From contig NC_043017.1 of assembly GCF_006345805.1 (NCBI RefSeq), forward strand, positions 14,570,001 through 14,634,000: a DNA stretch of 64,000 nucleotides. The letters run 5' to 3'. The notes under the pieces are model-generated. The model ran no database searches. It was not told the DNA's origin and saw only the letters and a program-made list of their open reading frames with translations. This DNA comes from Octopus sinensis (Eukaryota). Below are positions 53,646-64,000 of this stretch, piece after piece (position 1 is the stretch's first letter; each line of letters begins with the position of its first letter). The position numbers and the translations under genes were made by a program.

Positions 53646-54245
53646 TAATATAAGGGATATTAGCCAACCGAATATGGCTAGGGACAGGGCAGGTTGGTGG
53701 GGGTGTCACTGTTGCATTTAGCCCCAGGCGAACATCAACGTCACCAGATAGGCCTGACGCCATCACGACGTCCTTTATCTTGCAAAGGGAGATCACTCAC
53801 CAAGAAGCCGATACCACACACGGACCTAGGTTTCAAGGTGTGTTGCCTATTATCAACGTGTGGTAGGCATCGCTTCTCGATGAACGACCAACTTTGCAAG
53901 ATACATATAAGGATTTTCTAGTAAATACATTTACTGATTTCGAAAATCCGTTCGACAGCAATAATAATTCTCTAAATGAGTTATAGACAGTGACTGCTCC
54001 GAACACACCTTGAAACCTAGGTCCGTGTGTGGTATCGGCTTCTTGGTGAGTGATCTCCCTTTGCAAGATAAAGGACGTCGTGATGGCGTCAGGCCTATCT
54101 GGTGACGTTGATGTTCGCCTGGGGCTAAATGCAACAGTGACACCCCCACCACCCTGCCCTGTCCCTAGCCATATTCGGTTGGCTAATATCCCTTATATTA
54201 CGGAGCAGTCACTGTCTATAACTCATTTAGAGAATTATTATTGCT
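53646..54245. repeat. Interlocked inverted-repeat cassette A-x-B-A'-B' between (TA)n runs
   Basis: A 53646-53844 / A' 54002-54200 (199 bp, one mismatch seen); B 53957-54001 / B' 54201-54245 (45 bp, perfect). Confidence 0.95.
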
Positions 54246-54248
54246 ATA

Positions 54249-54290
<42 letters not shown>

Positions 54291-54474
54291 GAGAGAGAGA
54301 GAGAGAAAGAGAGAGGAGGAAGATATAATATACATGCGCGTGTGTATGAAAATGAAATTAAATTAAATACAGTAAAGGCGCAAGTTATGGTTTTGATATT
54401 TATTTCTGCATTGAATTATGTTGTTGACAAACAACAGTTCCACCTGATGCGTGTTTAGAAAAGTTTGCTCCGAA

Positions 54475-54558
<84 letters not shown>

Positions 54559-55829
54559 GATATATAATGTATATGATTGTGTACATGCAATTATGTGTTC
54601 GCGTATGTGTGTGCGTTACTAAAAATGCTATGCCTGGAAAACATTTTAACCAGACAGAATTTGTTCTTCGGTTATTAATTCCGATATATTTTTATGTCTG
54701 CTGAGAAATTTTCTACGTTTCTATAACATTTTAGTTTTAATATTTCACCTCGAAATTCTGAAATTTATCGACAAAACTAAATCTAAACATTTACGAAAAA
54801 TGCAAAACAAAATTGAAAATGTTTATCGATAAATTTAACGAAGCGAATGAATTAAAGTGATGCTTTTCAAATGCTGATCTTTCTGTACAGATGGCACTAA
54901 AATGTCACCTGAATTGCCATTGACAAGCGAACTCTGATGCCAAGATGTGCTGTCCTTTCATTTAGGATATCTGTTTAAATGTTATATCAGCATATGTTTA
55001 TTTCCCAACAAAATTATTATCTGTGGATCTTTACAAGTTAAAGACGACCTAAACAAGACCAGCTGGAACCATTGCTTTCATCTTCTTTTACTTTGCTCTC
55101 GTTCGTGTCTTCTAATATATATATGCAATGGCACACTTACTGCTTGTTACTCTATTAAGTGGGCAGGGAACATGCATAAAACATTCAAAGCTGATCAAGT
55201 GCAGCGTGTATTGACTCGCTGCTCAGAAACTCGGAGTACTAAATGTTCGTGTTCCGTATCTGTGTCATTTAATAAATTTTATCATTTCCAATGATAAAAT
55301 TCGTTTGTTCTTACACTCGTAGTCTCTCTCTCTCTCTCTCTCTGTCTCTCTGTCTCTCTCTATATCTATATATATAGATATAGATATATATATCGTGTGT
55401 GTACAGTTAGATGTACGTCTACTACTGCAGGTACGAGTGCTACACTTCGATTTCACCGAGGAACATCGTGTTGCTTTCATATTTGCACTTATTCTTGCCT
55501 AATTTGGATTTGCTGAATTTACATCTGAAGTCAGGTTTTCTCTATCGGTTACAAATATTTTTTATAATTCAAAATTTTTATACTTTACGAAATTTCTACA
55601 TCTTTGCATAAATCCATGTTCTACCTTAGGGCTATCTTAAATTTGGGCTTCAAATAACCATTTAAGCCCTTTTTATCCTAAAAGAGTTATTTATTCTTAA
55701 CAAAATTCATCACAACACATACTAATGTCTGAAATAAAGTCAAGAAACGTCCAATGAAATAAAAAAAATTTCGAATTGTTCCTATTCTGAGAAGAAATTT
55801 TGTTTGTAGCTCTTGCATTTGTCGTCTTT

Positions 55830-56250
55830 CCATGTCTCTTCTGATTGGAGCTGAGGCGCTGCATACGCCTGACGCCTGATGGTTTGGAAGTTGCTTGCTG
55901 TTCTGGAGCATCGGTTGTGTTACTTGGTCCGGTCAGCTCGAGGTCGTGAGGGCTAGTGTTCAGCCCATCAGGTCGGACTTGAGGTTGTCTTTATACTCTT
56001 TCCATGGACGATTTTGGGCACGGCTGTCCCTCTTCAGTTCTCCGTAGAATAACCGTAGCAGTATCCTGAATTAATCCACGCGGATTACATGGCCGGTTCA
56101 TCGAAGCTGAGCCTTTAAGATCTCGACCTCAATGCTTGCAGATGTAGTCCCGCCACCGGATTCGCAAAATTGATCGTAGAAGACGGTTGTGAAACTGTTC
56201 AAGCTATCTGGTATGTCTTCCCGACATGCAGCCGTATCTGTGCGTCTGAA
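55830..56250. mobile_element. Older RTE LINE fragment, apparently internally inverted
   Basis: Minus 56150-55830: SIEVEILKAQLR*TGHVIRVD...RLFYGELK...RPWKEYKDNLK; plus 56165-56250: YVFPTCSRICASE (terminal zinc-finger region). Confidence 0.6.
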
Positions 56251-56713
56251 TTCTCACCTGGTGGGATTTGAACTCACATCTTTATGGCAAGTAACTAAAT
56301 ATGACAAAGTATTTGGTTCAATAATCTACCAATTTAACCATTTAATATTTATAGAAGCGTCATAGAGGTAGGTAGATTTTTCTAATCAAATGTAGTAGTA
56401 GTTGTATGTTATTTAGCCCTCGGTTCAAAAATGAATCAGCCGTGACCATTCCGTCTTTTATTCAAACACAGTGTATCTAAGACCACATTATCTAACGTGA
56501 TCTTTGTTTTTGTTGTTTAGCCCTAGGTCAGTCCTAATCCAGCAAAATTTGCTAAAAGATGTTCCGGTTGTGACCATCCCCTCTTTTATGCTCAGAGTGT
56601 GTTTAAGACTACATTATCTAACGTGAGCACTTTTAAGATATCAGCAGGATTTGAAGGTTTAATTGCTACTTCTAGCACATCAATCAACCATGTAGAGGCT
56701 CCCTTTCTACATT

Positions 56714-57086
56714 TCAGTGAATGATCAGATTGGAGGCGTTGAAAGGCATACCGCGCGAACTAAGACATAGGAGAACTATGTTGGTATATGCGGATGACAT
56801 CGCCGTCTTAGTGTCGAACAATAGGCATATAGACCTGATCGGTATTGCTCTAAAAGAATACAAGACGGTGACAGGAGGAAAAAATGACCAAGAAAAGTCT
56901 GTGGGCCTGCCGCTTGGTGCCTGGAGAGGCTGGTCAGGCCATCCAATAACGTCGTCGGATACTAGAGAGAGGGACCGGTTAAATTGTTCGGGATCTGGTT
57001 TAGTCGGCATCTCCAGGTGGGGAAGAACTGGGACGAGATGGCGAGCAGGGTGGCCAATATCTTTCTGTCTCTCTTTGCCTCCGTCC

Positions 57087-57134
<48 letters not shown>

Positions 57135-57500
57135 TTGTATTTCACCTGCCATACCGTAAAGAAATCACTCATCACCTCACATCCGACAAATAAAAGATCA
57201 GCGGAGGGCAAGGAATTGGCGTCAGACGCAATAACATGCAGCATCTGTTCCTGTTGTCTGTGTTCTGAGTTCTAATCCAATGCAAACCTGCATTACTGTG
57301 AACAGAGAGCCAAAAAAACACAAAAGAGTTTATCTCTCTATTGCGCAGGGACAACCTAACGCCCCAAACTGCACAAAAGACGATGATGAAGAGGAGAAGA
57401 ATGACAACGATGATGACGACGACGATGATGACGATAATTACAAATGAAAAGAGAAAGAGCAGAAACGGAATCAAAGGGATTAATGGTTTCAAGAAAGAGT
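56714..57500 (+). pseudogene. Tx1/L1-like LINE reverse transcriptase fragment
   Basis: LVYADDIAVLVS...ALKEYKTVTGGKNDQEKSVGLPLGAW, then shifted frame FGIWFSRHLQVGKNWDEM; interrupted by (CT)n. Confidence 0.8.
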
Positions 57501-58467
57501 ATTAGCGGAGCGTTGCTGTTTGGAAGAAGTGGTTACAGCTGTCCCCGGTCTGTGGTTGTGGTTGTATGATTGATGGAGGAAAAACACACACACACTACGA
57601 CGTGGGACAAAACAACCTGATTACATTTATTACTTGACACTGATGGAGAGTGTTGCACTGTGGGAAATCAGTGAAATCCCAAGTCAACAGTAGATGATGG
57701 CAATGTCCCTCAGTGCAACATAAATGCATAAACATGGCGCCTGCGGCCCCTGATAGCAATGAGGTTAAACAAAATGGCGCAGTGTTCGTGATTTTCTAAA
57801 ATTACATCGAAGTGAAAGACTTGAAACTAAGGAATGGAAACCGTTTAAAAAGTTTTGATTATTTCGTGTTTAAGTTACTTCTTTCTTTCACCATACTATT
57901 AATATTCTATGTAACAGAATATACTTATAAGATCTGCCCTGGCTTCGAACTTTGTGTGTATTATTTTATGTTGCTATTTACTTCTCCCTGCAAAGCGGCG
58001 CTGACACGCTGAACACATGTCAGCCTGACAAGGGTATAATGTCCTGCATTAGTGACGGCGATTGTAGCTTTTGGTTTCGTTTTAAAGATGACCGCTTCAT
58101 CATTTAGCTTAGAGAGAGGCATTGATTAGTACAATGGTAGTCAAGAAACTAAAGCTTACCAACCGATTGCCATAGCAACCTCGATAATGACTCGCCGTTG
58201 AGGATCTTGTCTGCAGTACATTAGTTTTCTTTAGTAAACGTATATACATACATACGTGTGTGTGTGTGTGTGTGTGTGTAATCGCGCGCGCGTGGTGGAA
58301 TATTGACTTTCTGACTTGCCATCTAATGCAGCTAACAAAACACATGGCCACGGAGAAAGGCAGAAAAGCCAGACAACATGAGCTGCAAAAAACGGCATAC
58401 ATAGACAAAACTGATATGTAAAACAGATACATACGCGAACACACACAGACAACATATGCGTTTATAT

Positions 58468-58503
<36 letters not shown>

Positions 58504-58551
58504 CGCATGCATAAATATATAGTAATCTCTCGCTATGCATATATATCATAC

Positions 58552-58675
58552 GTGGCGGTGGACGGCTGTCGTTCGATGATGAGGATTCAGTTTCTGGTTC
58601 AAGAGAGTTTTTCGCCCCTGAACTAACGTATGTCTTTGCATTTCGCAGACATGTGAACCATTTAAGCAGGGACAT
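58552..58675 (-). CDS. Possible short coding exon
   Basis: AAG-ATG start, MSLLKWFTCLRNAKTYVSSGAKNSLEPETESSSSNDSRPPP, ends at C|GTATGA donor-like site; no recognised homology. Confidence 0.2.
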
Positions 58676-60688
58676 CTTAGCAGCATTAAAGGCCTCCGGA
58701 TAAATCAATGCATTGGGCCCTATATTATTCATTTATTGACAGAAATCTGCAGCATACGTAGATCAGAACCGGGTCCCAACACCCATGAGGTTCCGGGCAA
58801 GTCCCCAGTGTGGCCATACTCAAAGACAGCGCTGCCTTTGAGTAATTCTCAGATAGAATCAATGTGACACAGGGTATGAAAATGCCGCATCATTTGAAAT
58901 AATGTACTATCCACCCGGCGCGCTTTCTACACAACTTGCGTCAACACAATTTTACTCATAGACTATGGGAAATGGCATTTACTTAAGTTGTGATGCTGTA
59001 GATCGAACCCGGGAACTTGCAGCTATTATGCGCATACACGCTATATACACTACATACACACACGCACGCGCATACACTAATCTATACGTATAAACACAAA
59101 CAGAAATATACACCACTCCCCCACCATTTCCACAGAAGGTCATTACCACCCTTACAAATTCCCTTGACTAAATTCCGCTCCAAAAATTCTGATCGATCGT
59201 TGGTTATACTACAAGACGCTTTGCCCAAAGTGCTGTGCATTGGGATCGAACCGAAAAGCAAGTAATTACAAAACGAATTTCGTATCCATACAGCTATCAG
59301 TGGAAATGGCATGCTAGCCTTAATGAAATTATATTTCAGCTGGCTACCATCTTCTTTCAGAGTAGGAAATTAATTCTAACCAGATAATGGTATTGAAATT
59401 CTACAGCTAGAATTGTCTTCACCATTTTCTTTGCGTTTATGTAAAAAGGAAATGGTTACCGCAATTCCAGTGGGCGGACGAGATGTTGACGACTGAAAAT
59501 GTTATTGAGATAGGATTTCTGAGGGTTTCAAAGTATTTCTTGAAAGAAAATACAATTTAAATTAAACCAGAATCATTCGTCGTCGCTATTTCTTAGTAAA
59601 ACCTTGTCTGATTACGTAAAAGTAAAAACATCAGAAATTCAGTAGGCGGATGAAATTCTGACTGCAGAAGATGTTGTGATATGAGGATTCAGGAAGCATT
59701 ATTGGCTTAAAAAGAAGATATTTGCATAACGATGACGTCACAACCGCCTCGTCTGTAGGCATTTTACTCCAATTGTTTGCCTAATACATTAAACACGGTT
59801 ATTTATAAAACTCTTTTAAATTTACTGCTACATTTAGTTCACTGTAATGAAAACATAGTGACGTTTCATTGTGTCTCTAACGGAGTTGATCCGAGACATA
59901 ACCATATCTACTTCGAAAAAGGCTCTCAAAGAGTCTACCAATAGAACAAACGAATGACATTTACGTGGTTTAATGTCCAGGACGATGTCTTGCAGATTAG
60001 AGAACTAAAGAGTCACGTATTCACCGGAGAGAGGTGACGAGAACGTCTTATGTTTGTAAAATTCTGTTTTTGGCGTAGATGCAGCTATGGTGAACGTACA
60101 TGTTCTAGCTAGGTTTTCGACGAAAACAAAATAACACTTTTTATTATAGGTTTCCGAGAACAAGATATCGCAGAAGGAATTACTTCTGAAATAGTTCTGA
60201 AACGATCAGAATCAGGACATATTTCCCACCAAAGTTAGAATATTAGCAATGGCTTAAATAATTAATTGGTTTAAACAATCAGGGAACGATGGTAGGCGAG
60301 GCGGCGGCAGTGATGGTGGTGTACCTATTAAGTGACGATTTGAAAGTTTAAGAGATGAGGTTACATTAGAGATTGTGTGTTTGTGTGTGTGTGTGTTTCA
60401 TTATAATAATTTGAGAGTTGTAAATCGTTTTTAAAATACATTTCACGTAGTTATGAACGCCATCTAACATAGAATCCAAATACGATGGGTAGAGTAGATA
60501 GATATGTTTAGTATATCAAAAGTTGGGCGTTTACTTAGAGTTGCGGTCTAGAGTAGGTTGCTCAGTCGTAAACAGCCCAGCCTGGGGCAAAATTCAGAGT
60601 GGACTATCGACTTTTAATATTATTACAACACGTTACATACATATCTCTCTGTCTGTCTGTTTGCTCTATCTATAGATGCATACATACG

Positions 60689-60725
<37 letters not shown>

Positions 60726-63700
60726 ACACACACATACACACACACAGACATACACACACACACATACACACAACGTAGTAAACTCTAATAAACGTATCCA
60801 AGGACCAGATAATGGTGTTAATGAGCAGCAACACAGTAGATTCTATCAGAGTTGCTTAAGGACCAGGTGTTCGAGAGTGGGGTGGTGAAGGGAGTAAGCA
60901 TCATCAGACAGCATCCTGGCTCAAATACTTGCAAAAGAGCGGATCCTGCTGCTAAAGGTACCCAAGGGACATGTGCTGATGTTAAACCAATCAACGAATT
61001 AAGTGTAACGCTGCAATCAGAAAATAGCCGATGGACTTCCACACAGTCTCCATCTACTCAGTTTTATTCGCAAGGCATTACTCAATCCAAATCTGTGGTA
61101 AAAGACACTTTCTCAAGGTGCTGTACAGCGGGAACGAACTCGAAACCAAAGTTATAAAGTCAACTTCTTACCCATACAACCATGCTTACGTATAAGCATG
61201 AACCTGTTATGGAATGAATACCTCCATCTCCGTCATGATGTGTTTCTCTCCCAGCAGATATGGGGGAAAACCTGGTGAGGATCGAACTAGCTTATCTCAG
61301 CAATAAATAGAAAAAGTTTTTAAAAAACTGCTACAGTAACATAGAAATGTCGGAAAGAGTAATTATTGAATTTAAGAGAAAGACAGAAATAGAGAAATGT
61401 TTTTCTTTGTTCCAAAGACAAGAATATTTGCAGAAATAAAGAAGTAAAACATTCACAAAATATAGATTTTTAGTTTTGTAATCTGAGTTTTGGGAGGAGA
61501 TTTGCTAATGAATCCAGAAGAAAATAGGATTACTGTCATTCTAAGAAATATTCCACTCAATATTTGGCAGTTATCAATTTTCTTTTTCTCCGAGAAACGT
61601 TTATTTTAGAATAAAATTCCACAAATAAAAGAGAAAAAGATGTTATTTTGGATTTTGTACTAAAAATATCGTCAAATATTTATTTTTACATATTTTAATT
61701 TTAGATCGCTGTAATAGATATTAGATATGTCTAACATTAACAAAAAGAATAACGGTTAAGGATGAATAAAAACCTTGAATAATGAGTGAACAGGATTAAT
61801 TAACCGATAAGTGGATTTACTTCCGATTTTTGATTTTGTTTATTTTTTTTCTTTTCAAATCTATGTAATGAAAAATTGTATGGTTAAGAAGTCTCTTTGC
61901 AGCTATATCTTTCAGAGTTCGAATTCACTGCACGGTACCTTGGGCAAATGTCTTTTACAATAACCTTCTGGTCGTATAACTGAAATTTAGTTGACAGAAA
62001 CTGTGCCAAAGCCAGTTGGATTGACGGTTTCGGTCTGTCGAAGTCCAGAATGTGAAAAATGAGAAAGTGAATGGCGCAAGGCACCTGATCCACAATGCTA
62101 CCAATCCATCACCCTGGATGAAAGCAGAGTTGACCTCAAACTGTACCTGTAATTCAATCGGGACCAACCATGTCACACTTTTTTGAGCCGAGAACCAGAT
62201 TAAAGTCTATAAATACCGACGAAATACTCATCCACTTACAACTTCTTTTAATGAATCTTTTGTTCAATTGACAGAAAACCCCAAATGTTGCTCGTCGAAA
62301 CCGACAGATTGTCTATTATTTAACCCTGGGCATACCATGGTCTCGAGGTACGATAATCTAAGGTGCTCCATCTACGAAGTACCTCGTCTTATTTCGGACA
62401 GTATGTTTAGGACTACATCCCCCCATATGTCCTTCTTGTTTAAAACAGTCGGGCGTGATTTGAGGTAGATTTGATTGCTATTTCTGGTAGACCGAGTGAC
62501 TTGTGATCTCCCTTGTTCGTTCGTAGTATATTCAATGATCTTTGATGGTCTGCAAGAACGGTCATCTTTGGTGAGGCACACTGCCATAGACTGTCGACTG
62601 TTGTCATGCCCAAAATTCAGAAAGAAATCGAAACATTTCTTTCTGGTTGTTTAACGAAGAGTGTCATGGAGAGAGCAAGTCATGCGAACATTGCAACATG
62701 GTCCACAGAGCAAGTTATCACCATTAAGTTCATTAAACCGGCCATGCAGATCAGTTAATTCTAGGAATAAAAAACATTTTTGATATAAGTTCATTTGTTA
62801 TCCTTGTCAACCGAGAATGTCATCCCGTGGTTTATTTAGGCAACGATAAATAAATTTCTTCAGTGAAAGAGCAGGTAATGTGAATGGGTCGAAAGTATTT
62901 TCGCCCTCAAAAGACAATGCACACTATCCAATTCGAGTATTATTAAAAGGGATGGTAAACAATTAACGAGAGTCTCTCTTTGACATACATAAAGACATCA
63001 ACAACCCGGTTTCTAGTGGAGATGGCGCAGAGACGGATACGTCAGACGCAGAGGGTGCTGCGGCTATTAAAGGACATTTTAACGCAGTAAAAAGAAAATC
63101 TTTCTAATGTCAGCAAAAGTATAAAACTCTTCTACCAAAACAGTTTTCTTAAGTTTATTTAGCTTTAAACATGATGAAATTTATTTGTATCAACGAGTTT
63201 AAATTAAGTTTGCTCGTCCCAACCGACACTTTGTTAAGCTTTTGTTTTTTCAAGGTGCTGCTCCAACATGGCCACAGAAGCTGAAACTAATAAATAAGGA
63301 TAAACACAGACTCCCTTCACATTATTATTTCCCCCAAATTATCGACCCTCGGGTTTAATATATTTCTTCAGTCACCATTCTTTTCTGACCAGTAAAACTC
63401 ATCTTTCACAGAAACATTGTCTTCTTTTCTGGTTCTGTAGAATAACTAACGAGCAACTAAGGAAATCAATCATACAGCGACGTCTCAGACCTTCTTATTG
63501 TGAGATTTTTAAAAATCTTCAGAACCGTGGAAAGATTTCGTCTCATCACCTTCTGTATTTGTTTTGTAAGTAGTTAACCTACAGCAGCCGTTCTGAAATC
63601 GGGACGGAATTCTTCCAGTTACAAAACCAGAAGTGACCCGAAGTTTATATTCCATTTCACTTGGAATCTTTGACTTTACAAAACCCAAGATTTTATAACT

Positions 63701-64000
63701 TAACGCTTCAAGTGGTTAAGTCACTCCAAACGCCACCGAAAAACAACCGCTTCAGAAACCTCTGCGAAGGTAAAACGCCTGGATTTTCGTGACAAAGCAG
63801 TTTCCAATTCAAACACACACACACACACACATTTATAGACAATATAAACACACACACACACACACACACATACATATATATATGTGCATATATGTAGGTG
63901 TGAATGTTATATTCCATCTCTACTTTCTTCCTGTCTCTTCGACTCCATTCTTCCTCAATCATGTGACCTCCCCACCCATGCGCAACATTCCCCCCCTCCA

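Noticed and set aside
62960-63108. Terminal-exon-like frame (SSGDGAETDTSDAEGAAAIKGHFNAVKRKSF*)
   Set aside because: No polypyrimidine acceptor and an in-frame stop just upstream; no supporting exons.

Overview
AT-rich, microsatellite-saturated eukaryotic genomic DNA. The tRNA-derived SINE families and the (TA)n/(CA)n/(GA)n/(TATG)n load resemble an octopus (coleoid cephalopod) genome; this is an inference, not a database match. Almost all listed ORFs are microsatellite artefacts. Host coding signal is limited to a probable first coding exon on the minus strand (27293-27001, GTGAGT donor) and a plausible in-frame 45-bp second exon (26059-26015). The rest is layered mobile DNA: SINEs, RTE LINE fragments, a Tx1/L1-like fragment, Penelope-like relics, a MULE relic, hAT/pogo/piggyBac-like MITEs, and a Gypsy 5' LTR plus gag. 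The best-resolved structure is 33.25-37.35 kb. There a 5'-inverted (twin-priming-like) RTE LINE with three C-terminal C2H2 fingers sits between (TATG)n runs. It is interrupted by a young, structurally complete but non-coding 2.7-kb LTR element (4-bp TSD, tRNA-Trp PBS, PPT). Other unusual structures: a ~300-bp Y-shaped foldback in the putative first intron with an identical 142-bp copy 2.7 kb away, an A-x-B-A'-B' interlocked inverted-repeat cassette at 53.6-54.2 kb, and an apparent CpG-depletion boundary near 20 kb.
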